Source of the DNA: Octopus vulgaris
Taxonomy: Eukaryota
Length of the DNA stretch: 64,000 bases
Direction of reading: 5' to 3'
NCBI GenBank assembly: GCA_951406725.2
Contig: OX597817.1
Span: forward strand, 34,286,001-34,350,000
This document shows, piece by piece, positions 37,811-51,131 of the stretch (within the stretch, counting starts at the first letter, position 1; every line of letters begins with the position of its first letter). The notes under the pieces were generated by a model. That model had not been told where the DNA came from. It did no database searches and saw only the letters and a program-made list of their open reading frames with translations. A program made the translations under genes and the position numbers.

Positions 37811-39865
37811 TGGTTCTTCATGTGTCGATGTCTTATTACTATGCAGTATCACACCTATTATGTAGGCTTCAAACATTCTATCTTTTTCACAAGAAGAGGA
37901 ACCTTTTAATATCAGTAGATTGTGTTAGTTGTAATAATGATGATGATCATCATCATCATCATTTAACATCAATGTTCCATGCTGGCATGGATTGGACAGT
38001 TTGACAGGATTTGATGTGTTCAAGGACTGCATTGTACTCCCAGTGTTTGCTTTGGCAAGGCTTCTACAGCTGGATGCCCTCACTAACATCTACCACTTTA
38101 TAGCAGGTACTTGGAACTTTTATTCATGCCATTATCATTCGTTAAGATTCCAAGGAGGCAACTTTATAATAGAAGATAAGGAATAGAGAGGGGTAAATTA
38201 TGAGGAAAAAGAACCAGAATAGAACAGGTTTCTTGCTGTAGAGGAGCTACATGACTACTCACATTTTAGAAGGGATGGTGGCGAGATTGATTGGGTGGAT
38301 CTTGGAAGAGATAAAAATGGTGGTTAAGAGGTGTTAGGATGCACCTTCAAGGTACAATGTGAGTAGAAATGAGTGGGACCATGACTGATGAGTTTTTGAA
38401 TTGTTTGAGCAATAAATCTATCTGCTCTTTGTATTATAAAGTAAATGGCTGAGTATTCCATAGTCACTTGTTTCTTTAATATAATCCTCAAAAAGAATCA
38501 TCATGGACCAAGCCTGGCCCTTTTGATTAGAAATACAGTCCACTGAAAATGCTTCTGTACAGATTCTATGTATTCAGTTTCACTCATAAGACTTGGGTCA
38601 ACCCAAGTCTACTTTAGAAGATATTTGCTCAAGGACCCACCTGTTGGAATTGAGCTTAAAACTTTGACATTGCAAAGTAAACTTAGAAACAGCATCAAGC
38701 TCTCACCATGTTACCTAGCTGCTACTTCTTGCTAAGACATCTGGGTAGTTTACAGACTTCATTTCATCCCTAATTGTGTCAACTTCTAAACATTGCATCA
38801 TGTCTAAAAAAATGTTTTTCCAGCCCACCAGAAATTCCTCTACAACTTTTGTATTTTCATTGCTTCTTTCAGTTTTGTAGGATATAATTTCTTTGCATTT
38901 TATTTAATGTTACGACTGATTGTAATGATTTACTTCATTACTTTTAATTTATAACTTCCTGCATTAATTGCATAAAGTCTTTGAGAACTTTTGAGTCAGA
39001 ATAGGTGAATCATAATCTTCTAACCAACCATTTTAAAATTGGCTTTCATTTGGGTAAGAAGTCTTTTATATAATTCTCTCATGAATATGTATTAATACAT
39101 ACATGTCTAGTAATGTCTCTGTCAAAATGTCATTTGCTTCAAAGCTTCCAGTTTTTTATAAATTTTTTTATATTTTTGTTGTATTTCATCATCTTTCTGT
39201 GATATTTTGATTTTTTAATTGATAACTTAGTGGATTGTCGTTACGGTTGTTATTTAGTTTGAAATCAACTCTGATTGAACAGATCTATAGTGAAAAGCTT
39301 TCAAGCTGTGACCATCTTCTCTTTCTGTCCAGCTGTGTGCATGTCAGATCATATTATATGATGTATCCTTCCATTTTTCAAGCAATTAGGACTGATGTGA
39401 GAGAGATTTAGCTGCTATTTCTAGTAACCATTGAAAGACACCGTTATTGGTTGATCATTGAGATATTTTATTTCATCCCTTCCCCATTGCCATTTTGCAG
39501 CTTACCCTTTTATTGGCAAACTTCTGCATGATTTACCTTACTATCATTTGCTCTCACTTCCTTTAGTTTTCAAATACTGAACCAGAAAGAGTATGGCTTA
39601 TTTAGCTGCAGTGAAAATCAGCCATCTATGACAAGAGCCATTCTCAATCAACAGTGATGCAGAGCAGAAAGGGTTCTTTATCATGCAAGGTTAAATGATA
39701 GAACAATCTGTAAAGGGTTGAGGGTAGAAAAGGCATCTAATTAGAATACCCCAACCAATTTATCATGCACTAAAATGAATCTATTTGTCTTACATTTATC
39801 TGTTTGATTATTTATTAATGTCTTAAGGGACAACCTCAGACACAATACACCAAGCATACTCACAA

Positions 39866-40251
39866 CAGGTGTTGGCACTCCGTCGCTTACGACGACGAGG
39901 GTTCCAGTTGATCCGATCAACGGAACAGCCTGCTCATCAAATTAACGTGCAAGTGGCTGAGCACTCCACAGACACATGTACCCTTAACGTAGTTCTCAGG
40001 GATATTCAGCGTGACACAGAGTGTGACAAGGCTGGCCCTTTGCATTACAGGCACAACAGAAACAGGAAGTAAGAGTGAGAGAAAGTTGTGGTGAAAGAGT
40101 ACAGCAGGGTTTTCCACCATCCCCTGCCGGATCCTCGTGGAGCTTTAGGTGTTTTCGCTCAACAAACACTCACAACACCCGGTCTGGGAATCGAAACTGC
40201 GATCCTATGACCGCGAGTCCACTGCCCTAACCACTGGGCCATTGCGCCTCC
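39866..40251 (-). mobile_element. tRNA SINE, head C with tail ii, 8-bp TSD
   Basis: Head as 17865, tail as 643; TSD actcacaa at 39858-39865 and 40252-40259. Confidence 0.88.
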
Positions 40252-40339
40252 ACTCACAATAGTAAATACTACTAAACAGCTAAATGAAGAAATGATAAAG
40301 AAATAAACTACCCAAAAAATGTGATCAATGATTTTATTC

Positions 40340-41260
40340 AATATAAACTACAGCACAACCACCTACCAACATCAAGCAAATGCCCGTAATAATAGTTTGT
40401 GAAAATCAGCCACCAAAAAGCTTATGAAGATAGCAAGAGCATAAGATGAAAAATACATGTTACAAATAGACCATGATTTTGATTATTTCCTTTCATCAGA
40501 CAACAACAAAGTTATTTGGAAATCTAAAACCTCAAAATTTTCAGAGTCTTACAAAATGAAACATTCATGTAAGGCACCTAAAGCCTGAAGGAATCGCATG
40601 CACTCATCAGTTATTGACAACCACTCATTGCACTACAACCAAACACCGTAGAATCATAGTAATTTGAAAAACCATCTAAAATCCAAATATAATAGAACCA
40701 CATAGACCCTCAGCAATTATAGAAAGACTCACCTTTGACATCACTAACCCCCACATTCTTCTTTCCAAATCACTACACAAATTCAGACCAGTACATTCTA
40801 CTACCATACAACTCATGACGCTAACACAAAGGATACATGATAGCATTGGTAACAATGAAAACCCCTACCGCACACCATTCTAACTACCATCAACATAAGC
40901 AAAGTTATTGATTCCATTCTTGGCCCCTCATTTATGCACTGAATGTTTAACACTTCTTTAAGAAACAACACAAAATTCTGTTTGGCAGACATCTTTCAGG
41001 TTGCCAAACCATGCTATGTACAAGAACAGCACTTTCAACTTTTGCAATCTCTAAAATAGAGTATCACAAAGATCTCTTCTACTTACTCTTTTCAAGTTAT
41101 ACCTGTATGTTGAAGAGCGTAGGCTCGAAACATAAAAGACTTTCTCACTTTCCTGAGCATCAAACAAATACACCTGCTTGTTGTTCATACACCTGTCTTC
41201 ATCTTTTGTTTTTCTGTAAATTTCAACTATATACATATACATATGCACACAGCTTTGCAC
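40340..41260 (+). mobile_element. Possible decayed Penelope-like remnant ending in a pLTR-like unit with a broken hammerhead (41102-41138)
   Basis: NHLP/IKQMP resembles the PLE thumb motif; gaagagcgtaggctcgaaacataaaag matches stem II and GAAA of the other motifs but the CUGAUGA box is corrupted. Confidence 0.35.
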
Positions 41261-42198
41261 ACAAATGATATCACACTCACAACCTCCCACTATTCTCCAG
41301 ACACAACCTCACAATTACTCCATTTCCACATCAGACACTAAAGAACTTGACTTCACAACAACATTCTAGTGTCACTCACCCCATCAAATACGCTGTTTTC
41401 CTTCTGACCAATAACATCAGAATTCCTCAAATACAACCACACAACACCATCATTAACATAAACCTACCACAGTGACATAAAACAGAAATATTAAGAGTTA
41501 CATACAACTTCTCTATAACATTCATAAGACATGTTGAAAATAGTATGAAACTAATTATATAGAAGTATATAGAACATTCACAGTTACTACATTTGGTCAG
41601 CAGAAAGAAAGAAAAACTCTAGTATACAAACAATCCTTTAACTCTATCATGGATTGTAGTATCCCTGCCTAGGCCCTTGATCTCCACAAAAAATATATAA
41701 CAAAGAACACAAAACAGCACACTTCACATTACAATGGGTCACACACATAGACCAGCTATGAAAATGAAGTAAAAGTACAAAAAAGGAAAAGACTACTTAG
41801 ACCTGTGAAAGGCATGCTTTGTTGTTACAGGAAGCTTCAACTTCTGCACTCTATGCCCCACAAAAACAACTATCTCCAAAGTCCAAAATACTTATACAAA
41901 CACTTATGTCACTATTACAATGATATACATACAGAAATATAAAATATACACTCAGAAATAATTGAAACATCAATAGCCTCACTGTCTGGGATGTACCACC
42001 AGCAGTAAGAACAGAGCAGACATACAGAAATAGACTGAACAGAAGAAAGGCTATGTCCAAACTGCCACACAGCACTCCATAAAAATTCATCTGTGAATAC
42101 CATAGTTAAAAGTATGGTTTGTCTGCTAGTGGTTTTGAAACAACATATATGGGGTTGTTTCTAGTCATTCAATAGCTTTCTGTTGTTATATTATTGAA

Positions 42199-42934
42199 GG
42201 CAGCGAGCTGGCAGACATGTTAGCGCGCCGGGTGAAATGCTTAGCGGTATTTTGTCTGTCGTTACTTTCTGAGTTCAAATTCCGCCGAGGTCGACTTTGC
42301 CTTTCATCCTTTCGGGGTCGGTTAAATAAGTATCAGTTACGCACTGAGGTCAATGTAATAGACCTAATCCGTGTGTCTGTCCTTGTTTGTCCCCTCTGTG
42401 TTTAGCCCCTTGTGGGTAGTAAAGACATAGGTATTTCGTCTGTCATTATGTTTTGAGTTCAAATTCCGCTGAGGTCGACTTTGCCTTTCATCCTTTCATC
42501 ATCATCATCATCATCATCGTTTAACGTCCGCTTTCCATGCTAGCATGGGTTGGACGGTTCAACTGGGGTCTGGGGAGCCCGAAGGCTGCACCATGCCAGT
42601 CAGATCTGGCAGTGTTTCTACAGCTGGATGCCCTTCCTAACGCCAACCACTCCGAGAGTGTAGTGGGTGATTTTATGTGCCACCGACACAGGTGCCAGAC
42701 GAGGCTGGCGAACGGCCACGCTCGGATGGTGTTTTTATGTGCCACCGACACAGGTGCCAGACGAGGCTGGCAGACGGCCACGCTCGGATGGTGTTTTTAT
42801 GTGCCACCGACACATTTTCGGGGTCGATAAATAAAGTACCAGTTTCACACTGAGGTCGATGTAATCAATTTAATCCCTTTGTGTGTCCTTGTTTGTCACC
42901 TCTATGTTTAGCCCCTTGTGGGCAATAAAGAAAT
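42199..42934 (+). mobile_element. SINE family D (Meta-domain-like) with a head-less second unit
   Basis: gcctttcatcctttcggggtcg..aagtaccag domain; second unit starts at ggtatttcgtc (~42430). Confidence 0.85.
42497..42813 (-). mobile_element. Young RTE tail with ~60-bp tandem units, nested in SINE D
   Basis: Interrupts catcctttc|ggggtcg. Confidence 0.88.
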
Positions 42935-44795
42935 ATATATTATTGACTCCCAGAAGGATGAAATGCTAGTTGACAGTTCCAGAATTTGAACTTGAAGCAA
43001 GGTATCAAATTTGTCTCACCATAAATATTGATTTTGTCTGTTGGCTCAGCATATAGCCTAGTTTTTATATAGTCTTATATAACTAGTTGAACTGACCTCA
43101 TTACTGATAGTTATTTCGTTGGCCCATGAAGAAATGAAAAGTTGATTTGACCTTGGTAGGATCGCAATTCAAATCAGTAGGGTATCAGGTAGAGTAAAGC
43201 ACTCATTTGCTTTGTTACTTTCTTGGCCATCTGCATCAATCTTACTTGGTCTAGATTTAATATTAACAAACAAAAAGCAAAAGCAAAATACATTTGCTTA
43301 GTTATGAAGTAGATATAGCACGGTTTTACAGTTTGAGCTGTATTTGAATTCATGTTTGTGAAGTGTAGGCATCAAGTACTGAATGGCAGAGTATGGATTT
43401 TTTTAATAGATAGTGCATCAGGCTAATGGTTAACAGCAATTAGTGCAGAGAGGTGGGGGGAAAACTTAGAAATATTGTGGTAAATGACGGAAGACATCGG
43501 GAATTGGGCCTGACAGGCAAACTAATGAAGGATGTGATGAATTGAGGGAAAAAAGCAGAATTTAAGTTGGAAAAGCAATCTTGCAATATACCTAGGCTGT
43601 ATGATGTAGGCGGTGACATTGGTGATGGTGAGGAATGATGATGGTGGTAATATTAATGCTATTGGGTAAGACAGTGACAAACAATGATGGCAACAACACT
43701 AAACTTGATTAGGCTTTTGAATCCTGCTTGGTATTTTCAGTTTCTTCATCGTTACAGTAGCAATAACAAAATGAGCAACATCATTATTTAGCATCAGCTT
43801 CATCACCACCACCATCATCATCATCGCCAACACCATTACCGCCAGCACTGCCATCATTATCATTGTCAACACCATTACCACCAGCACCATCACCATCATC
43901 ATCATTACAACTACCAACATTGTCTTTGATGTCATCGTCGTCACCCTCCTCCTCCTCCTCATCATCATCATCAATAACAAAATGCAGAAAATATTGAAAT
44001 GGAAACAAAATCAAGCACATTCAAAATCTTGGTTCCCTGGTTTATATTTACCAGCTGAAATACGGTAGCGTTGGGTTGGGTTGGTGGAGATGAGATAATA
44101 ATGGACAGATAAGTTATTGTTTCACATTATTTAAACTTGAGTCTGGTTGGCTATAACTGGGCTTCTAAATATGCTCTTAATGCATGTTTATCATAACAGG
44201 GTTTCCATTTTCTTTATTTGCTTATCTTTCATTTTAGAAAGCTTATCTTTGTTGCAAATGATGAGATATTGTCTGCTACCATGGATCATAAATTAGAGTG
44301 TTGTTATTGGAAGAAACCTTACATTCTTGTCTTCTTGATATAACACCAATATTAACATTTATGGAAGATACATTTTAATTGCAGGAGAAGAAGAAAGACT
44401 GATAGGAAGAGAGATTGATAGATAGAGTGAGTGGGGGCAGAGGGAGAAAGAGATACCGGATGGAAATGGCAGAGAGATAAGCAAATCAAACAACTTAAGG
44501 ATCAATTTCTGTTTAGTCTTTGGAATATTTTTCATTGTTTAGATAGTATTGCTGGTGGTGCTTACTTAACAAGTTTTTGTTGAAAGATTATATTGAATTC
44601 TGGCTCCTAGAGTTTCATGTTGTCCTATTGTATTATGCTATGACAATATTTGATCCCATGTTGAAACTATTGCACCTGAGTTACTTTGTTAGTGCACTTG
44701 AGAAACAAGGATGTCAAAATCCCTATTTATCTCTTTGTTTGAAACCAACAGAACTAATTATCTGTGATAATGTGCCAATGTGAGAACCTCTAAGC

Positions 44796-44943
44796 CAGAC
44801 ATAGGCAACCTTTTTCAAGAAGTGGGTCTCAGGAAACATGGTTCCTCATTAGGTGAGTTGTTCTGCCAAAAATAATTTAAGGTAATTTCTCATTTAGGCA
44901 TACTATTCAGAAAGACCTGCAAGTTGCAGTTTGCCCATGACTG
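44796..44943. mobile_element. hAT MITE
   Basis: TIRs cagacataggcaa / ttgcccatgactg; 8-bp TSD ctctaagc / ctcaaagc. Confidence 0.7.
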
Positions 44944-45892
44944 CTCAAAGCAGTCACTCAACTGGCTAGAAATAGCAACCAAATATCCATTTAATCACAC
45001 TATACTTTCTTAAAATGAAGTAATTACACATTGGATATATTCCTTGTTGTCTTATGCTTTGGAAGAAGATAAAACGGTCATGACAGCTATAGCAAGTATT
45101 TAGTATTTGATTATATTTGCATCACTTTTGAGTGATATCTTCTAAATTCTGTAGCATCATGTTATACTATGAAATATCATTATTTTATTTGACAAAGCTA
45201 ATGTTTGAATGTGAGCATGAATAGTTGATTTTCATTGAAATTTCAATATATTTTATTATTACTGATGGCTCTTTTATTAACTCTTTTAAAGGATAAGACA
45301 AAACAAAAAATAAAAAAGGAGGATGTTTTTTTTATCTTTTATCTTTTTCTTGTTTCAATCATTAGACTGTGGCCACGCTGGGGCAGTGCCTTGAAGGATT
45401 TTTAGAAAGATGAATTGAACCCAGTACATATTTTAATTCTTTTTTTTTAAAGCCTGGTACTTATTCTATCAATTTCTTTTGCTGAACTGCTAAGTTAAAG
45501 GGACATAAACACACCAACATCAGTTGTCAAGTAGTGATGGGTAACAAAGACACACACACACACATTCCTGTGGTGGAAGAGGAGTGGTTGAGTAGACCTA
45601 TGACCAAAGCTCCATCTTGTTTCAACCATGACCATCCTGTTCTTCTGTCAGGCTTTGTTCATTAGGAATTACATTATTTAATCTGTCTCTCCTTTGTCAA
45701 GCTATAGGGTGTAATTTGAAGATTTAGTTGCTATTTCTAGCAGGTAAAGCAACCATGTAGGTGAGCCCTCATTTTCTTTAAATATGATATACTTCTATCA
45801 TTTTAACTGACTCTAATTTATACATTGTTATCAGAATAGGCACCTTGGCAGAATCATCAGAATAGTTGATAGAATGCAATGTGATATTCATT

Positions 45893-46247
45893 CAAGCTCT
45901 CACACTCGCCTCCTTATGAGAGCTCAAAATCTCTTGTGGAAGCGCCATCCAACCAAAATGCAAGTATATGGGAAACTACCACCAGTGTCATCTCTTGTGA
46001 AAGGTAGGAGAGTCCAGTTTGCTGGACATTGTTGTAGAGCTGAAAAAGAGGTAATTTCTACTCTCCTCCTCTGGAAGCCATCTACTCGCAATGCCAGAGG
46101 GCGCACACTCTCCTACCCTGATGTAATCTCCAGGGATACAGGCATCCAGCAACAGGACCTCCGTAATGCCATAATGGACCGTGAAGTCTGGCGTAGCATG
46201 GTAAATTCCATTGTCTCGACCATGGTCGAACAATGATGATGATGATG
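45893..46247 (+). mobile_element. 3' end of a second RTE-group LINE (open C-terminal frame, (TGA)n tail)
   Basis: RRVQFAGHCCRA..LLLWKP..RGR..DREVWR. Confidence 0.85.
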
Positions 46248-46887
46248 TGACCTGAGTTCAAATCCTGTAATAGTCAATTTTGCCCGTCATTATTTCATGA
46301 GTCGTAAATAAAATGCCAGTTTGGCATAATGGATTTGAGGATGTCAGTCGAGATGCTTTTGCACCTTCTGATTTCAAATTCTACCTAGGTACTGATAGCT
46401 GGACCTACAACCAGCTTAGATAAACCAACCACCAACAGCATGTTGAGGCTTTCATCCAGCAGTGGATTGCCAATGGCTAAATGGAATACTGTTTCTCTAC
46501 AAAATTTGACCTCCTAATTAGAAAATCAATATTATCAATTGACTGCCTTTACAGAAGTTTAGCCAGGTAAAGATATGGTGTTTGATATCTTACCTTCAAA
46601 GTAGGCTCGATGTAACAAATGTGTTATATTCATATTCAGGATTCTAGTAAACCTTTATATCTTTTATGAGCATTTAGATTGTTATTTCATTGTTCTTTTA
46701 TCTTTGTTTTGTTTGTTATTTTTTTTCTTTTTTCTTTTCATCCCTCAAACTACACTGTACTTTTTCCTTTTTGATTATGTAGAATTGTGCCATTAATTTT
46801 CTTCTTTTTTTTTTTGTGTTCTTTTGTTATACCAAATGTGGTATTGAATGTGTGGTTTATTGATAATTAGTGCACTAGATGTATGTG

Positions 46888-46932
<45 letters not shown>

Positions 46933-47562
46933 ATTATATATATATATATACATACATATATGTATATACATATGCATATAAAACAGTAACCTCCGCTACA
47001 ACAATAGCTCTCACCATTAACAGTAAAAAGTTTCAACAATAATAACAGCAACAACTACAATAACAGCAATAAGTGTAGCAAGCATAATTAGTTCTCTATC
47101 ATGATGACACAGGGCTCTTTCAGAAAGTTTGAAAGAGTGTGGTGAACAGGAAAACAAGTAAAGGCTGGTTGGAGAGTTGAGAGAATGGAACAGAGCTGAG
47201 AGAACATGGGGGAAAGGAGAAAGAATTAAAAAAAGACAAAATATACTGAGTGTATCAGAGAGAGAGACAGAGGGAGGAAGGGAACTGATCAATGTAATAA
47301 AATGTTTGGAAAGGAAAATGGTATGGAAAAATCTGTGTAGAAAGCAAAGCAAGAGAAACTCTATGTAATAACAGGCTAAGTGAAAGATAGATAGAATGTG
47401 AGAGAGAGAGGGGGGGATATTTAGAAAAGAGAAATAGTTAAAGAAAGAAGGGAAGAGAGAAACTGACATGAAAAAAGGCATCATCAAATACAAGTTATGA
47501 TATTCTACTAAACTAAGTAATTTACCCACAATGAACCTCGTAATTTACCACAATTTACCTCA

Positions 47563-47830
47563 ACTGGCTTCCGTGCCGGTGGCACATAAAATACACCAAT
47601 CCGACCGTGGCCGTTGCTAGCCTCGCCTGGCACCTGTGCAGGTGGCACATAAAAAGCACCCACTACACTCACGGAGTGGTTGGCGTTAGGAAGGGCATCC
47701 AGCTGTAGAAACATTGCCAGATAAGACTGGAGCCTGGTGCAGCCTTCTGGCTTCCCAGATCCCCGGTCGAACCGTCCATGCTAGCATGGAGAACGGACGT
47801 TAAACGATGATGATGATGATGATGATGATG
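47563..47830 (+). mobile_element. Young RTE 3' tail
   Basis: RTE tail consensus plus (GAT)n. Confidence 0.88.
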
Positions 47831-48170
47831 AAATTACTATGACCTAACCTTCATTTGTAGTTGCAGCCATTTCACTTCACTGTGTCGTTAATAATGCTCT
47901 TGAGAAAGGCATGGCTGTCAAACAGTCTCGGTTCCTTTCTCTTCTTTATATCTCTTTATAACTTTAACTCACAAGACTGATTCTTCAAGACAAACCAACT
48001 GGTAGGTGACCGAGGGGTTGACCGAGGGGTTGACCAAGGATGAGATGGTTGGATAATATGCATAGTTTCCATTGGTCACACTTAGAAATCCAGCTGGAAA
48101 ATGTAGCAAAGGTTACTTATGATAGGACTGACCCTGTAGAAGAAATGCCCGAGAACTCTACTCCCACAAC

Positions 48171-48451
48171 CAGGGCTGTGGAACTGGAGTCATGGAGTCA
48201 GAGTCGGAAACTATTAAGGGGTAGCTGGAGTCGGAGTCAATAAAACTGTATTAACTCTGACTCTGACTCACAATATCTTTGTTCTTTAATATAAACCAGT
48301 TATAACATATAGGCCTACTCAAAGTACAAGTGTATGCATATACTTTATGATATATGTAGACCACAGTCACTTAACTACATAGAGAGGAGTCAGAGGTGCC
48401 AATAGTAGAGGAGTCAGAGTCGAAGTTTTTTGTTTCAACTCCACAGCCTTG
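48171..48451. mobile_element. hAT-type MITE with GGAGTC subterminal repeats
   Basis: TIRs cagggctgtgga / tccacagccttg; perfect 8-bp TSD cccacaac. Confidence 0.88.
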
Positions 48452-48712
48452 CCCACAACCCTCCCAGAAATAGTGGGGCAGAGAAGATGGAATGATGACT
48501 GGATTCAGGTTTATTTGAGGATTCAAATGAAAGTTGATGAAATGGGGACAGAGGTAGAAGAACCATGGGATAGTTTTGATCACATGTTTCCTCAGTGAGG
48601 AAAATCAAATGCCAAGAACCAAAGTTTAAGCTTTCAGCACTAAATATGACTCAGTTTTACTTCCTCTTTGAAACTAGTATACTTGGTTTATAATTTTTAT
48701 TATTTTATCATT

Positions 48713-48872
48713 TACATTATTTATATTTGACAGATATTTGTCCTCATCTTGTTTGTTGTTAACGCAACATTTCGGCTGATATACCCTCCAGCCTTCATCA
48801 TGGGCATATGGCGTAGTGGTTAAGAGTGCGGGCTACTAACCCCAAGATTCCAAGTTCGATTCCAGGCAGTGA

Positions 48873-48913
<41 letters not shown>

Positions 48914-49087
48914 TCAAAAAGTACTTTAGGAATGAGAACCCAGGTTCAAAATTTCCCCAAGACACCTGATGAAGGCTGGAGGGTATATCAGCTGAAACGT
49001 TGTGTTAACAACAAACAAGATGAGGACAAATATCTGTCAAATGTAAATAACGTACATAATTCCTCATCTCTTAAATGTAGAACTGTA
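48713..49087 (+). mobile_element. Composite element: 88-bp inverted copy + tRNA-like head + (AAT)n + hammerhead-bearing pLTR-like unit
   Basis: Arms 48713-48800 / 48967-49054; A box TGGCGTAGTGG 48809-48819; B box GTTCGATTCC 48854-48863. Confidence 0.8.
48961..49006 (+). ncRNA. Minimal type I hammerhead ribozyme motif (dimer-type stem III AACGUU)
   Basis: GACAC CUGAUGA A GGCUG gaggguauau CAGCU GAAA C GUU GUGUU; predicted cut after 49001. Confidence 0.65.
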
Positions 49088-50325
49088 TTTTATCCTTTAC
49101 TTGTTTTAGTTATTAGACTGTGGCCATGCTGGGGTACCCCCTTGAGTTTTTTTTTCATAGAATGAATTAACCCCAGACAAATTAGGTAATAGCATAATAG
49201 CTTCTCCTGAACCAGGTACTTTCATTTTGCCAGAGAAAGAAAGTGAAAAAATTTTGATTTTATATATATATATAGAAAGATCATAATAGCTTCCTCTGAA
49301 CCATTTAGTTTCATTTTGCTGGACAAACAAACAGATGGACAGAATCTCTCTTTTATATATACAGATATATGAAAGGCTTCTTTCAGTTTCCATCTACCAA
49401 ATTTACCCATAAAGCTTTGGTCGGCCTGAGGCTATAAGAGAAGACACTTGCCCAAGGTGCTGTACTGTGGGACTGAACCCACAATCATGTGGTTGAGAAG
49501 TGAGCTTCTTACCACAACCACGCCTGTGCCTATACATGTTTCTTTTCTCTTTTACTTGTTTCAGTCATTGGACTGAGGCCCTGATGGGACACTGCCTTTT
49601 GAAAAGTTTAGTCAAACAAATTGACCTCTCTACTTACTTTTATTAAAGTCTGGTACTCATTCTGTCAGTGTCTTTTGGCACACTGCTAGGTTATGGGTAC
49701 ATGAACAAACTAACACCAGTTACTGAGTGGTCATGAAGAGAACAAATACAAAGTTATGCACACACACACACACACACAATGGGCTTTCACATAGTGTATA
49801 TCTGCCAAACTTCCTCACAAGGTATAGATCAGTCTGTGGCTATAATAGAAGAGACTTGTCCAATGTGCTGTGCAGTGCAATTTGACAGTTGCAAAGTGAG
49901 CTTCTTAACCACACAGCAATGTCTGTATAGTAATATAAGATGTAATTTTTACCTTTAGGGCTATAGCTGAGATGTATCGACTCTGGTACCTGTAGGTTGT
50001 GTATTAATTTTATTGACTTTGGAAGAGTAGCAAACAGAGTCAAACCGGGTAGGATTTGAACTCAAATCATAAAGAGATGTAAGCAAATACCACAAGATGT
50101 TTTATCTGATGCTCTATTGATTTTACTAGTCATTGAACTGCTCCATATAAGCAATGTTAAAAAGTGTGTGTGTGTGTGTTATCAACAAATCAAGAGAGAG
50201 AGAAAATGATCATGAACTCCTAGATAGCAACTGAACCATGCAGTTCTGGCTAAGGCTAGCTGGGTAAACATGCTAACATGCAGACCACTCCCAGAAATGC
50301 ATATACACATTCATATCCATACATA

Positions 50326-50656
50326 TTTCATTTCTTTGTGAAATTAAGCTAATGGGATCCTTTGCAGCAGAAGAGGAAGAGGACTAAGCCTTCAACTCTC
50401 CTCATTGTTTAATAATTCATTATGATTCATTCTTTTCTCTTTGCCAAACTGCTGGCAATAATGGACTTCAGCTATTAACATTGGCAACTTAGGAAGTAAA
50501 CAAGCCATAAATATATAAATATATAGACTTGCCTCCATATGTATTTGGGCTGTGAAATTAAGCCATTCATACCCCAATCTGTATTGGTGGTACTCCAATA
50601 GCTCTGCATAAGCTAAGTTGCTAAACGAGTCTCTATGAAACATCTGACTCATGAAA
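50326..50656 (-). mobile_element. Unclassified ~330-bp element with TTTCAT..ATGAAA ends
   Basis: First 41 bp identical to the element at 52396; similar far end. Confidence 0.5.
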
Positions 50657-50684
50657 GGTTAAATTTCAATATTACAGATAAAAT

Positions 50685-50894
50685 GGAATGATGAGCTGGC
50701 AGAATTGTCAGCTCACCAAGCAAAATATTTAGTGACATTTCGTCATCTTTACATTCTAAGTTCAAATTCTGCTGAGGTCGACTTTACCGTTCATCGTTTT
50801 GGGATTAATAAAATAAGTACCAGTTGAGTACTGGGGTCGATGTAAATGACTTGCTCCCTCCCACAAAATTGCTGGCCTTGTGCCAAACTTTGAA
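50685..50894 (+). mobile_element. SINE family D (alternative tail), 20-bp TSD
   Basis: TSD ttcaatatt(a/c)cagataaaat at 50665-50684 and 50895-50914. Confidence 0.8.
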
Positions 50895-51131
50895 TTCAAT
50901 ATTCCAGATAAAATATTATTAGCACAAGTGTTAGTATGTTTTCTTAATCAGTCAGAGTTCCTAAGTTCAATTATTCAATTACTATTAAAGAGTTTATTAC
51001 TTGGACTGAGGCCATGCTGTAGCATCACCTTCAAGGGATTTTAGTCAATTACACCAGCCTCATATTTTATTGTTTGAATTCAGTGAGTTATGTCCCTTTT
51101 AAAGAGTTACATCTCAATGACATAAATACCT

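Noticed and set aside
43699-44020. Poly-D/G and poly-M ORFs
   Set aside because: (CAT)/(CAC) trinucleotide low-complexity tract
48802-48874. Functional tRNA gene
   Set aside because: Acceptor and T stems are poorly paired, there is no poly-T terminator, and it is fused to a repeat body; treated as a SINE-type head
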